Positions 37,941 to 48,196 of a stretch of 64,000 bases of DNA are shown in pieces (the first letter of the stretch is position 1; each line of letters opens with the position of its first letter). The stretch spans positions 800,001 through 864,000 of the forward strand of contig CAWHBU010000003.1 in NCBI GenBank assembly GCA_963827685.1. The letters are read 5' to 3'. The notes below the pieces were generated by a model that saw only the letters and a list, made by a program, of their open reading frames with translations, was not told the origin of the DNA and did not search any database. This DNA comes from an uncultured delta proteobacterium (GTDB taxonomy: Bacteria; Desulfobacterota; BSN033; UBA1163). Both the position numbers and the translations under genes were made by a program.

Positions 37941-38100
37941 AATAACCTCCTTGTTTCATTCATTTATGAGTTATACTGCCCTTTGAAAGCCCTATTTTAA
38001 TACCAAACTAAACGTTCCCCTGTCAAGGCTTTTTTTAGGGAACCCCTCTCTTCTCAACTCCCTCCCCCTGAAGAAGAAGGGAATAAAATGAAATTTCTTT

Positions 38101-39486
38101 TTAATTTCCACTAATTAATAGCTCTTTCACTAATAGACTCGGAGACCCAACCCCGCCAAAAAATCTGAGGTCATCCCCTACGCCGATCACGTTTCGGAAG
38201 AGTTTGAAAAGGTTCCCCGCTATAGCGATCGATTTTACGGGATGGACTTTCTCTCCTCGATCGATCCAGTCGCCCGAACAGCCTAAAGAGAAGTCCCCTG
38301 AGATAGGGTCTACGGTATGGAGACCCATCACCTCCTCCACCACCAACCCCTGAGAAAGGTTTTCCATCAGCTTGGGTAAATCGAGATTTCCTGGCTCAAT
38401 GAAAAAGTTTGAGATCCCTACCCCAGGAGGGAATTTGATGCCATGGCGTCGGCTGTTTCCACTCGACTCAACGCGCGACCCTGAGGAGGATAGATTTTCT
38501 CGATTTGCCCAATATCGGTCGCATAAATAACCGGTCAGTACTCCCTGAACGACTAAGGAGGTTCGTTGACTCGGCACCCCCTCTCCGTCGATGGGAGCAG
38601 TTGAGATTCCTTTTGAATAAAGTCCGTCATCCACAATCGTGAGGAGGGGAGAAAAAAATCTTTCCCCTCGCCTTCCCTTCAAGGGCGATTTCCCTTTCTG
38701 CACCTGATCCGCCAAAAAGGAATGGGCGAGGAGTGATAAAAATTCTGAAGCCACGTTATTGCGAATGAGGACCGGATAGACACCTGTAGGAATTCGCTTT
38801 CCACCCAGCCTTTCCAATGCCTTCCTCCCGGCTAATCGCCCAACTTTCTCCACATCGAGATCATTGGTAAAATGGCTGAAATCGAAATCCCAACCCACCT
38901 CAGAATCTCCTGATTCCTCGGCCACGGCGGTCACGCTCACAGAGGCAAGAGAGTGGTCATAGGAAAACTGAAGGCCATTAGAATTGATCAAGGTTGTCCT
39001 GGAGAGAACCTCCTGGTAAGAGGCCTTCCTCACCTTTTTAATCCTCTCCGAATCTACAGACCTGGCTGACTCCTCTAAACATTTTGCTTTTTCGATCTTC
39101 GCCTTCTCCGAAGTCCTCTCCATTGTTTCATCAAAAATAGGTACCTGGGCAGGGGAGGCTTTGAGAGCAGGTGCGAAATCGAAACAGGAATCTGCGGAGG
39201 TCGCCTCGGCACTCCTGATCGCATCCTCGACCATCCGATTCAGCTCGCCTGAAAAATTCCCTCTGACAAAAGGAGAGGGATTCGAAAAAGTGGTGTATGA
39301 AAAACCCATTCGCTGATGATCTAAAATACGGAAGGCCATCCCCGAGTATCGAGAGGTCTCAAGGGTTTCGATCTTTCCCTCTTTTGATTCAATATCAAAA
39401 TGGGAAGATTGATTGAAATAAATCTCATAACCATCAATCGGTCTTTTTCTTAGAATGCTCAGCGCTTGATTAATTATTTCATTCAT
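38101..39486 (-). CDS. pmbA: TldD/PmbA family protein
   Basis: DGEGVP, SGDFS and PVKSIAIAGN. Confidence 0.9.
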   Translation of the reverse strand: MNEIINQALSILRKRPIDGYEIYFNQSSHFDIESKEGKIETLETSRYSGMAFRILDHQRMGFSYTTFSNPSPFVRGNFSGELNRMVEDAIRSAEATSADSCFDFAPALKASPAQVPIFDETMERTSEKAKIEKAKCLEESARSVDSERIKKVRKASYQEVLSRTTLINSNGLQFSYDHSLASVSVTAVAEESGDSEVGWDFDFSHFTNDLDVEKVGRLAGRKALERLGGKRIPTGVYPVLIRNNVASEFLSLLAHSFLADQVQKGKSPLKGRRGERFFSPLLTIVDDGLYSKGISTAPIDGEGVPSQRTSLVVQGVLTGYLCDRYWANRENLSSSGSRVESSGNSRRHGIKFPPGVGISNFFIEPGNLDLPKLMENLSQGLVVEEVMGLHTVDPISGDFSLGCSGDWIDRGEKVHPVKSIAIAGNLFKLFRNVIGVGDDLRFFGGVGSPSLLVKELLISGN

Positions 39487-39502
39487 AAAACGCGTCTATC
39501 TT

Positions 39503-39581
39503 TCGTGATTCGTGAATCGTGATTCGTGATTCGCAAAAGAATGTTACTCTACGAATCACCAATCACGAATCACGAATCACC
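39503..39581. repeat. gene-less inverted heptamer array (GTGATTC)n...(GAATCAC)n
   Basis: tcgtgat tcgtgaa tcgtgat tcgtgat tcg - spacer - acgaatc accaatc acgaatc acgaatc acc. Confidence 0.92.
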
Positions 39582-40608
39582 ATCTAATGAGACTGCTTGC
39601 CCAGGTGAGGCCTCCCCCAAATGCGGTGAGGACGATCAAATCCCCCTTTTGGATCGATCCGTCCCGGACCGCCTCATCGAGGGCAATAGGAATCGTAGCG
39701 GAAGAGATATTGGCATATTTCTCAATGGTGAGATAGACTTTTTCAATAGGTACATTCAGTCGCTTGGCCACCTGCTGAAGCATGCGCAGATTGGCCTGGT
39801 GGGGAATGATCCACTTTATATCGGACATTTGAACACCGTTAAAGGCAGCCGCCTCTTCGGCGGCCTCCGCAAATCGCTTCACTGCCACCCGGACAGATTC
39901 ATTGGCCTTAATCATCCTCAGGGTATGAAGTTTCCTGTCCACACTTTCATAAGAGATGGGAGTCGTTTTCGACCCACCGCCAGGAAGAAGCAGGTTTTCA
40001 CCGTTCGCTCCATCTGTGTGGATATGGGTGGAAAGGACTTCGCTGATCTCCTTTCCTGACTCCCGCAGGGGTTGATTCTCCCCAGAATCATCAAAGGCTC
40101 GAAGCACCACCGCACCTGCCCCGTCCCCCCATAGAATACAACTCTCCCGGTCCGTCCAATCAAGACTCCGGCTCATGATTTCTACAGACGCAACCAGAGC
40201 CGTTTTGTAAGTACCCGCTTTCAGATACTGCTCGGCAACAGAAAGACCAAATACAAATCCACTGCAGGCGGCGGTCACATCGAAGGAGACCGCCTTTTCA
40301 GCCCCTAATTTCGCCTCTAACCAGTTGGCTCCGGAAGGACAAGCCGTATCGGGTGTCATGGTGGTCATGATGATAAGGTCTATCCCCTCGACCGAAATCC
40401 CTGCCATTTCCATGGCTCGTAGTGAAGCCTCTTTGGCAAGGTCCGAGGCATTGACATTCGGCCCCGCAATTCTTCGTTCCCTAATTCCGGTCCTTTTATA
40501 AATCCACTCGTCATTGGTGTCTAAGGTCTTTTCCAGATCAATATTGGTGAGAATTCTCTCCGGAAGAAATGAACCGGTCCCCAATATCCCAATCCTCTTA
40601 CTACCCAT
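39577..40608 (-). CDS. fabH: beta-ketoacyl-ACP synthase III
   Basis: AACSGF, GDGAGA, PHQAN and FGGGLTW. Confidence 0.95.
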   Translation of the reverse strand: MGSKRIGILGTGSFLPERILTNIDLEKTLDTNDEWIYKRTGIRERRIAGPNVNASDLAKEASLRAMEMAGISVEGIDLIIMTTMTPDTACPSGANWLEAKLGAEKAVSFDVTAACSGFVFGLSVAEQYLKAGTYKTALVASVEIMSRSLDWTDRESCILWGDGAGAVVLRAFDDSGENQPLRESGKEISEVLSTHIHTDGANGENLLLPGGGSKTTPISYESVDRKLHTLRMIKANESVRVAVKRFAEAAEEAAAFNGVQMSDIKWIIPHQANLRMLQQVAKRLNVPIEKVYLTIEKYANISSATIPIALDEAVRDGSIQKGDLIVLTAFGGGLTWASSLIRW

Positions 40609-40663
40609 TAGCAAACTCCTTTTCGTTCGAACGCCACGCGTTATGCTCTGCGCTTAGCGTATT

Positions 40664-41794
40664 TCACTCTTTATAAATCCGTGGCACCCTCTTCCCTATC
40701 AAACACAACACTTCGTAAGAGATCGAGTTGATTTTTTCTGCGATCTCCTCGGCAGTGATTTGTTCTCTCCCCTGCTTTCCCATCAATATTACTTCGTCTC
40801 CTGCTGAAACACTGGGGATATCGGTCACATCCACCATGATGAAATCCATGCACACCTTCCCCACGACAGGAGCCCTCTTTCCCCGGACCAACACCTCTCC
40901 ATGATTCGAGAGATGACGGCTGTACCCATCCGCATATCCAATCGGGAGGGTAGCGATGAGGCTCTCCCGCCTTGTTGTAAATGTCCCTCCGTAACTAATC
41001 CTTGTTCCAGGCGGAACCGATTTCAGAAAATGGATGCGGGTCTTCAGGGTCATGACGGGTTTGAGGGAAATAAGGGCTCGAAACGCGGGAGAAGGATACG
41101 AACCATAAAGCATGATTCCGGGTCGAACCAACCTGGCTGAGTATGCCGGGAAAGCGGCGAGCGCCGCGCTGCTGGCCATGTGAAGATATTCGTAGGAAAT
41201 TCCCAACTCTTCGGCAATGGCCACAGCTCTTTGAAATGCTTTCCATTGGCTTTGAGTAAAACCTTTTTCTTCGTCGGTCATGGAGAAATGGGAAAGGATA
41301 CCTTCTATTTCAATTTTTGGAGACCGTTTGACCTCATTTAAAAAATCGGGCCAAAGGTTGAGTGGTACACCCAGTCTTCCCATTCCCGTATCCACCTTGA
41401 GGTGAACCTTCACTTTCCTCCTCCGCTTCTCTGCCTCTCGGGAAAGGAGTTTTAATGAATCCCTTCTAAAGATGACGGGGGTGAGACGGAAACGAAAAAT
41501 TTGATCTACCTCTCCTCCAAAAATCCCTCCTAAGACAAGAATGGGGGCTTTCACCCCCCCCTTTCTCAACTCCACTCCTTCCTCAGAAATCGCGACACCC
41601 AAATACTCCACTCCTAACTTCTCCAATTTAAGAGAAACCGGAATGGCTCCGTGACCATAGGCATCCGCCTTGACCACAGCCAGGAGTTTCACGCCCTCAG
41701 GGATTCTTTTCTTAATTTGCCGATAATTAAATTCCAATGCCCCAAGATCGACTTCCCCAACCGTTGGTCTTCCTGAAGGAATAGACTTCTTCAT
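40664..41794 (-). CDS. alr: alanine racemase
   Basis: AVVKADAYGHG, KVDTGMGRLG, GYADG and VCMD. Confidence 0.98.
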   Translation of the reverse strand: MKKSIPSGRPTVGEVDLGALEFNYRQIKKRIPEGVKLLAVVKADAYGHGAIPVSLKLEKLGVEYLGVAISEEGVELRKGGVKAPILVLGGIFGGEVDQIFRFRLTPVIFRRDSLKLLSREAEKRRRKVKVHLKVDTGMGRLGVPLNLWPDFLNEVKRSPKIEIEGILSHFSMTDEEKGFTQSQWKAFQRAVAIAEELGISYEYLHMASSAALAAFPAYSARLVRPGIMLYGSYPSPAFRALISLKPVMTLKTRIHFLKSVPPGTRISYGGTFTTRRESLIATLPIGYADGYSRHLSNHGEVLVRGKRAPVVGKVCMDFIMVDVTDIPSVSAGDEVILMGKQGREQITAEEIAEKINSISYEVLCLIGKRVPRIYKE

Positions 41795-41920
41795 CGATAT
41801 CCTTCTAAATCCGTGAATAAGAAGAAAAAAAGAATAAAAAAATTCTTAACATCAACGCTATCAAAAGTCAATGGAAACCCGACCTTGACAATTCCATCCC
41901 CGTCCATTAATCTGATCCTC

Positions 41921-42748
41921 GTGACAGAAAAGATTCCACAAGAAATCAGAATTAAGATCAATGAAAAGGAGAAACCCGTTCCCTCAAACGCCACTCTTTT
42001 TCATCTCAAGAATCAGTTCAAGCCCAACGCGGATGTGATCATCTACAACGGGTTTCCAGTCAACTCTGATCGTCCTCTTAAAGAGGGAGACGAGATCGTC
42101 TTCATCAAAAAGGAAGAAACCCCTTCTCCGGAAGAATTCGAATGCTTAATGATGGCAAGGCATACCCCCGGAATTCATCAGAAAATCAAAAAATCTGTTG
42201 TAGGAATCGCTGGACTAGGAGGTCTTGGGTCGGCCATTGCCATTGCATTAGCTCGTGTCGGAGTGGGAAGACTTATCTTGGTCGATTTCGATGTGGTGGA
42301 ACCTTCCAATCTGAATCGCCAGCAATACTTCGTCCATCAGATCGGAATGACCAAGGTGGAAGCCCTTCAAAAAAATATCGCCATCATCAATCCGTATGTG
42401 AAGGTTCAGACCTATCAAGAGAAAATAGACCGAAATAATGTGGAAAGAATCTTTGAAGAAGCCGAGGTGGTCGTGGAGGCCTTCGATCGCGCTGAAGAAA
42501 AGGCCATGTTGATCAATACGGTCTCAGAGAAGATGCCGGATAAATATATTGTAGCCGCTTCAGGCGTGGCGGGTTATGGAGATAATAATGAGATCAAAAC
42601 GGTCCGGTTCTCTTCAAAAATTTTCATTGTGGGAGACCACGAGACAGCCGCCCAGCCTGGAGTGGGCTTGATGGCACCGAGGGTTGGAATCGCCGCTCAC
42701 CATCAAGCCAACACCGTATTGAGAATCCTCTTAGGCGAGGAAAAGTAA
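41921..42748 (+). CDS. thiF: ThiS adenylyltransferase ThiF with an N-terminal ubiquitin-like domain (start uncertain)
   Basis: GIAGLGGLGS and DFDVVEPSNLNRQ; GTG at 41921 lies just after a TTGACA-N17-TAATCT promoter. Confidence 0.88.
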   Translation: MTEKIPQEIRIKINEKEKPVPSNATLFHLKNQFKPNADVIIYNGFPVNSDRPLKEGDEIVFIKKEETPSPEEFECLMMARHTPGIHQKIKKSVVGIAGLGGLGSAIAIALARVGVGRLILVDFDVVEPSNLNRQQYFVHQIGMTKVEALQKNIAIINPYVKVQTYQEKIDRNNVERIFEEAEVVVEAFDRAEEKAMLINTVSEKMPDKYIVAASGVAGYGDNNEIKTVRFSSKIFIVGDHETAAQPGVGLMAPRVGIAAHHQANTVLRILLGEEK

Positions 42749-42796
42749 CAGCCGTTTATCTTGGTTGGGTATCAAAGGAATATTTTAATATCGTTT

Positions 42797-44092
42797 TTAA
42801 AAAGGAGCCCCATCAAATTTTGCAATGGGTTTCAAATCTTTGAACTGTGCGCAATAGTCCCGTGGATATTTGTAAGCCCTATAAATATAGTTTAAAGGCC
42901 CGGGTGGAGAGGTAGGTGGTTCCGGAGTCCACGGACTCAGCCACTCCCAGACGATCTCTTTTTTTTCGGTCACCTCGAACAATCTACCCGGCCATCCCTC
43001 AACGACGAAAGTATTCCCGTTGGGGAGCCTCTGGGCATTGCCGACATAATTGCTGAAGAAATGGCCCTGCTGAGTTACACGCTGGCCCCAGGCAACTGCT
43101 TCATATTTCCAAACGATTTCCTTCTTCACAGGATTTACTTCAATCACCCTCGAATAGCCTCTGACTTTTCTCGGATAGCCCGCTTCGCCGCCATTATCGA
43201 AGATGAGGATATTTCCTTCTCCCTGTAATCCTCTTCGGATCATGTGGGCATCATGCTGTCCGATGATTTGATCAATATTTCCATCCGGATAGTCTGGACC
43301 CAGTCTCCAGACAATTTTTTTCGTATCTCTATCAATGATGCATACGACATTCAAATCCCTGAAGCTGGTCAAAAGGTTCCCGGGCTTAAACCTCTGATCA
43401 CCTCGATCGTACCATTGATTTGGCGGCAGCACAGACAAATCATTACAATGTGCCCAATCTGTGTCGAAGACTCCCGCTTGATTAAAGATGAGTTTCTTCT
43501 GTTCATCTGTAAATCCAAACTGGTCATAAAGATCAACTGCCTTCAGTTCCCAGACCACTTTACCATGTCCGGTCACTTCATAGAAAGTATCGTCCATGAG
43601 TTCCTTGTCAGATATGTTTGGACGCTTCACTTTATCCATCGCCAAAACAAGCGTGTTTCCGTTTTCCAATCTGGCGAAATCATGGTGAAAGGGAGAGGTG
43701 ACAGGTTGTCTACCCGGAATCTCACCTTTCCATTGCCAGACTTCTTTGCCATTCCAATCGAGTTCCGTAAGATCCCCATAGTAATAGACCCGAAGCCCCG
43801 GGGCAGACTCGTTTTCGTACACGAAGATATTTCCATTTGGAAGCAATCTGGCCGGCTTTCCACTGTATTTCCATTCCTTTAAGATATACCCGGTCAAATT
43901 ATCGATGAGGATCGTACCCCTACCAGGAGCATCGGGCGATAACAGGATATAACCGGGTTCGACTCTATCAATCTTACATAGGGTCACTCCTCTTGGGTAG
44001 ACGGTGGGCCACGTGAAACCCAACCGTGCCAAGGTAACTGAAATGGCCGCCAATAAAACTCCTATTAGTAAAATTCTCTTTTTGTCCTTCAT
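42797..44092 (-). CDS. aryl-sulfate sulfotransferase (ASST) family exported beta-propeller
   Basis: HHDF.RLENGNTL, DWAHCN, GQHDAH, FDNG and AQRLPNGNT; signal peptide; GGAGG RBS. Confidence 0.9.
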   Translation of the reverse strand: MKDKKRILLIGVLLAAISVTLARLGFTWPTVYPRGVTLCKIDRVEPGYILLSPDAPGRGTILIDNLTGYILKEWKYSGKPARLLPNGNIFVYENESAPGLRVYYYGDLTELDWNGKEVWQWKGEIPGRQPVTSPFHHDFARLENGNTLVLAMDKVKRPNISDKELMDDTFYEVTGHGKVVWELKAVDLYDQFGFTDEQKKLIFNQAGVFDTDWAHCNDLSVLPPNQWYDRGDQRFKPGNLLTSFRDLNVVCIIDRDTKKIVWRLGPDYPDGNIDQIIGQHDAHMIRRGLQGEGNILIFDNGGEAGYPRKVRGYSRVIEVNPVKKEIVWKYEAVAWGQRVTQQGHFFSNYVGNAQRLPNGNTFVVEGWPGRLFEVTEKKEIVWEWLSPWTPEPPTSPPGPLNYIYRAYKYPRDYCAQFKDLKPIAKFDGAPF

Positions 44093-44470
44093 ATAGTATC
44101 CTCCTTTCCGTTCATGATTTTCGCGTTTCAACTTTTAATAATGATCTCTTACCACTGGCAAAAATATATTGTCTGTTCACTGAAAGCCTCTTGTAATTCC
44201 TCTTTATATAGACTAACATGTTTTGGTCACCGAGTAAGGAGACCCGATAGCCAAAAATACCGTACTTCCAACCCCAAAATACGAAATTCACCTTACTTTG
44301 TTCATGCACCATCTTGATAGAATAAAAAATAATAATCGAAGCTAAGCGTTCCGCCTTAAGAGCGAGTCCGGACTGTTACAGAACATCTCCGTAAGAGAGA
44401 AAGGAGATGAAGAGGCAGGAGTGAGACTCTATGTTTGTGGGCAGACCTTGGCTGATGACGGACTAACCAT

Positions 44471-44923
44471 CTAATCCAATTCTTTCAACATAGCGATTTC
44501 ATCGCAATCCGGGAATTTCACACATTTCAGGCAATCGGTCCAGATCTTATGAGGGAGCACTGCCTTATCCACTCTCTCAAAACCCACCTTCTCAAAAAAT
44601 TCGGGTTCATAGGTGAGGGCAAAAACTCTCTTCACTCCCAAAAGTCTTGACTCTTTCAAACAGGCCTTCACCAGTCTTAGACCAATCCCTTTGTTCTGAT
44701 CCTCCTCTTCTACCGCTAAGGATCGAATTTCTGCCAGATCATCCCAGCAAATGTGGAGGGCATAGATGCCTATGACCCTGCGATTCCGTACGAAGACGGA
44801 AAAATCCCGGAGATGGTCATACAGTTCGCTAAGAGACCGGGGGAGAACCCCTCCTCGAGGAGCATAAAGTTTGATCAACCGCTGAATCTCTTTGATGTCA
44901 TTGAGTTTAGCCTTTCGAATCAT
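44471..44923 (-). CDS. short GNAT N-acetylglutamate synthase-like acetyltransferase
   Basis: LPRSLSELY, AEIRSLAV, FALTY and LPHKIW.DC..C.KFP.CDE. Confidence 0.88.
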   Translation of the reverse strand: MIRKAKLNDIKEIQRLIKLYAPRGGVLPRSLSELYDHLRDFSVFVRNRRVIGIYALHICWDDLAEIRSLAVEEEDQNKGIGLRLVKACLKESRLLGVKRVFALTYEPEFFEKVGFERVDKAVLPHKIWTDCLKCVKFPDCDEIAMLKELD

Positions 44924-44933
44924 CTTTTTTTCT

Positions 44934-45032
44934 CCGTGTCGGTGATTCGTGATTGGTGATTCGTCAACGAAGCATTTAAAATTCTTTTCATCCTTTTCTA
45001 CGAGTCACGAATCACGAGACACGTTTCACGAT
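44934..45032. repeat. gene-less inverted GTGATTC/GAATCAC array
   Basis: ggtgatt cgtgatt ggtgatt cgt ... acgagtc acgaatc acgagac acgtttc acgatt. Confidence 0.9.
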
Positions 45033-46705
45033 TTCCCGGCATTTTCAATCATCTCCTTGGCATGGGCTTTGGTTTTCTCGGTCACCTTCACTCCTCCCAA
45101 CATCCTGGCAATTTCATCCACGATCGACTCTTTATCCAATCGATCCACTAAAGTAATCGTCCGTCCTGCTTTCACCTCTTTCTTCACACTGTGGTGTTGG
45201 TCGGCAAAACAGGCAATCTGCGGAAGGTGAGTCACACAGATGACCTGATGATGCCGTGAAAGTTCTCTCAATTTCTTTCCGACCACCTCTGCCATCGCCC
45301 CTCCGATTCCAGCATCCACTTCATCAAAGATAAGAACCTGCCTTCCGCCTACTTTGGCCAGGATTCTTTTCATGGCCAACATAATTCGTGAGAGTTCACC
45401 TCCGGATGCAATCTTCGCCAGGGGTTTTACCTCCTCGCCGACATTGGGAGAAATGAGAAACTCTACCCGGTCCACACCTTTTAGAGAAAGAGGTAAAGGA
45501 TCAATATGGATTTCAAAAATGGTTTTTTTCATGCCCAAGGAATTCAATTCCCTTTCTACGGATTTTTTTAATTCTAATGCCACTTTCTTTCTCTCCTCCG
45601 AAAGTTTCTTTCCCAAATTATTCACTATTTGTCGCAGGGGATCCAAACGGCCTTCTAATTGAGAAAGTCTCTCTTCATCGGAGGTGAAGGATTTCAATGA
45701 CTCGTCAATCCTGTGTTTAAAGGAAAGGACCTCTTCAATCGTTGAACCATATTTTCTCTTCAGACGGTCAATCTCTTCTAACCTATTCTCAATCTCATCC
45801 AGCCTCACCGGGTTGATTTCCACCCTTCTTGAATAATCCCTCAGAGCAAGGGCGATGTCCTCCAATTGGATGAGGGTGGATTCAAGCGCCTTCAAGAGAT
45901 GTGAAAGAGAAGGATCAATGGCGGCCATCTCTCGCCCTTGATTGAGGATCCTCTGAATCTTTCCAATCGTCGAACCCTCCTCTGAGTAGAGCGTTTCTTC
46001 GGAGAGATGGGCAAAATCCATCAATTTCTTTGCGTGAGTGAGGATAGTGCGATCTTCCTTCAAAGACTCTTCTTCTCCGATTTGAATTCTGGAAGCCTCA
46101 ATCTCTTTCGACTGGAAGGCCATCAGTTCCCGCTCCTTGGCTCTTCTCTCCTTTTCTGTTCGAATCCTTTCGACCTCTTCAGACAAGGAGACAAATTCTT
46201 GGTATTGTTTCTGGAATTCCTCGCGAAGCCCAAGCAGTCCCCCGAATTCATCTAAAATATCAATGTGGGTCTCTACCCGCTGAAGAGATTGATGCTCATG
46301 TTGTCCATAGATGGTGAGAAGCCCTTCTCCAATCTCCGAAAGCACTCCAAGCGTGGCTAAATTTCCATTGACAAAAACCTTTCCTCTACCGGATCGGGAG
46401 ATCACGCGCCGAATGATGAGGGAATCCTCTTCTCCGGCACCCTGTAAATGCGGAGCCCTTTCTTTCATCCTTTCCTTGACCTCCTGGTTGCCCGAGATGT
46501 CGAAGAAAGCCTCCACGTTTGCTTCTTCTTCCGAACTTCGAATCCATTCCTCAGTCGTTTTATCCCCTAAGAGGAGGTGGACAGCATTGAGGATAATGGA
46601 TTTCCCTGCTCCCGTCTCGCCGGTGAGGATATTAAAGCCTTTTGAAAAGGATAGATTTAACTCATCGATAATGGCAAAATTCTTGATGCGAAGTTCGAGT
46701 AACAT
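45026..46705 (-). CDS. recN: DNA repair protein RecN
   Basis: LTGETGAGKS, ASGGELSR, IFDEVDAG and VTHLPQ. Confidence 0.98.
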   Translation of the reverse strand: MLLELRIKNFAIIDELNLSFSKGFNILTGETGAGKSIILNAVHLLLGDKTTEEWIRSSEEEANVEAFFDISGNQEVKERMKERAPHLQGAGEEDSLIIRRVISRSGRGKVFVNGNLATLGVLSEIGEGLLTIYGQHEHQSLQRVETHIDILDEFGGLLGLREEFQKQYQEFVSLSEEVERIRTEKERRAKERELMAFQSKEIEASRIQIGEEESLKEDRTILTHAKKLMDFAHLSEETLYSEEGSTIGKIQRILNQGREMAAIDPSLSHLLKALESTLIQLEDIALALRDYSRRVEINPVRLDEIENRLEEIDRLKRKYGSTIEEVLSFKHRIDESLKSFTSDEERLSQLEGRLDPLRQIVNNLGKKLSEERKKVALELKKSVERELNSLGMKKTIFEIHIDPLPLSLKGVDRVEFLISPNVGEEVKPLAKIASGGELSRIMLAMKRILAKVGGRQVLIFDEVDAGIGGAMAEVVGKKLRELSRHHQVICVTHLPQIACFADQHHSVKKEVKAGRTITLVDRLDKESIVDEIARMLGGVKVTEKTKAHAKEMIENAGKS

Positions 46706-46715
46706 AACCCTAAAT

Positions 46716-47230
46716 GATGAGTTAAGAATTAAGAGTTATGAGTTATGAATTGCTGAATTATGAATAATAAAACTCTAAATTTTTAACTCTGAATTCTAAA
46801 CTCTAAACTCTTAACTCTAAACTCATTTTTCATTGTCCCTTAGATGTCTTGACGATTGAAGTCAATATTTTTCTCAATTCCTCTGACTCTTTCAAAAGGT
46901 AATCTAATTCGTTACTTGTTGTTAACTCAGAAACTTTTATCAATCTCAACCAGTAATTCGATTCTCTTGCCTCTTTTAATGCAACTCCCATTTTATATGT
47001 GAAGTCCTTTTTACTAAACCCTCCCGTTGCTTCCTCAACATTAGCTCCTACGGAAGTACCAGCTTCCAATAATTGACCTCCGATTTTATAACCAGCATGA
47101 TTTCTTGGTAAGTTTTGAATAAATTTAATAGTTCTTACTGCAAACTCGAAACTCCTTCCTTTGATATCTCTTTTATTCTTTTCCATTTTTTATCTCAATT
47201 CTAAACTCTAAACTCTTAACTCTTAATTCG
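46716..47230 (-). mobile_element. putative four-helix-bundle cassette 1 with GAGTT(T/A)A heptamer arrays
   Basis: Sense strand: array 47230-47195, gene, same-sense array 46826-46778, inverted array 46770-46716; sits between nadK and recN. Confidence 0.75.
46830..47186 (-). CDS. four helix bundle protein (23S rRNA IVP/Avd-like), 118 aa
   Basis: QLL.AGTSVGANVEEA...SKKDF..K...ALKEARES.YWL.L; visibly AT-richer than its neighbours. Confidence 0.93.
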   Translation of the reverse strand: MEKNKRDIKGRSFEFAVRTIKFIQNLPRNHAGYKIGGQLLEAGTSVGANVEEATGGFSKKDFTYKMGVALKEARESNYWLRLIKVSELTTSNELDYLLKESEELRKILTSIVKTSKGQ

Positions 47231-48106
47231 TTATCTTTCCCCCCATTTCAGCTTTTCTCTCAGCAATTCAAAATAGTGCCGGTAGGGCGATTTGATCAGA
47301 AGGATACGCCCCTCCGCCTTTCCCACCTCCACCACGTCCTCAAATTCCAGAGTGAATCCCTGTTGGCCATCCAAGGTAAGGGTCACTTCCTCGTTTCTCG
47401 ATTTGAGCAATGCCCGAATCTTCACATCATCGGGGATGATAATAGGACGGATGGTTAACGTATGAGGACAAATGGGAGTGATGATGATCGTATGGAGCGA
47501 TGGGTAAACAATCGGTCCCCCAGCGGAAAGATTGTAGGCGGTTGAACCCGTAGGCGTCGATATAATCAACCCGTCGGATCTAAAAGTCGATAGATATTCA
47601 CCGTTGACGGTGGTCTCGAGATCAATAATCCGCGCTAAAGCTCCTTTGTTGATGACTGCGTCGTTGAGCACGATGAACTCGGCAATCCCTTTCCCTCTTC
47701 GAATCACACCTGCTTTCAAGATTTCTCTCTCATTGATTTCAAAGTCATCCCGAAGGACTCTCTCTAAAACGGAGTACAATTCATCTAAGGTAATTTCTGT
47801 CAAGAAACCGAGTCCACCCAAGTTGACGCCAAGGATAGGTATATTCCTATTCCATACTTGGCGGGCAACACTGAGAAGCGTTCCATCTCCTCCAAGGACG
47901 ATAATCATCTCCACATCGGGTGGCATTTCCTCCCTCTCGACGGACTTCCAATAACCCTCTGGGGGGGTTGGGCTAAGGAGCTCCTCCATCTCTTTCTCAA
48001 TATAGACTTCGATCTTCTTCGGCCGCAGCCATTCCACTAAATTGCTGACGATGGTGGCAGCCTCTGGTTTATTCTTCTTAGCAATGATGCCGATTCGATT
48101 CATCAT
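47231..48106 (-). CDS. nadK: NAD(+) kinase
   Basis: GGDGTLL, GVNLGGLGFL, LNDAV and STPTGSTAYNLSAGG. Confidence 0.97.
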   Translation of the reverse strand: MMNRIGIIAKKNKPEAATIVSNLVEWLRPKKIEVYIEKEMEELLSPTPPEGYWKSVEREEMPPDVEMIIVLGGDGTLLSVARQVWNRNIPILGVNLGGLGFLTEITLDELYSVLERVLRDDFEINEREILKAGVIRRGKGIAEFIVLNDAVINKGALARIIDLETTVNGEYLSTFRSDGLIISTPTGSTAYNLSAGGPIVYPSLHTIIITPICPHTLTIRPIIIPDDVKIRALLKSRNEEVTLTLDGQQGFTLEFEDVVEVGKAEGRILLIKSPYRHYFELLREKLKWGER

Positions 48107-48119
48107 TCACCCCACTAAA

Positions 48120-48194
48120 CCCGTGTCTCGTGCCCGCCGTCCGTGTCCGGGAAAAAATAATTTAAACGGGCACGGTTCACGGTCACGGACACGT
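48120..48194. repeat. inverted 6-7-mer array (CCGTGT)n...(CACGG)n
   Basis: ccgtgtc tcgtgc ccgccgt ccgtgt ccg ... acgggc acggttc acggtc acggac acg. Confidence 0.75.
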
Positions 48195-48196
48195 TT

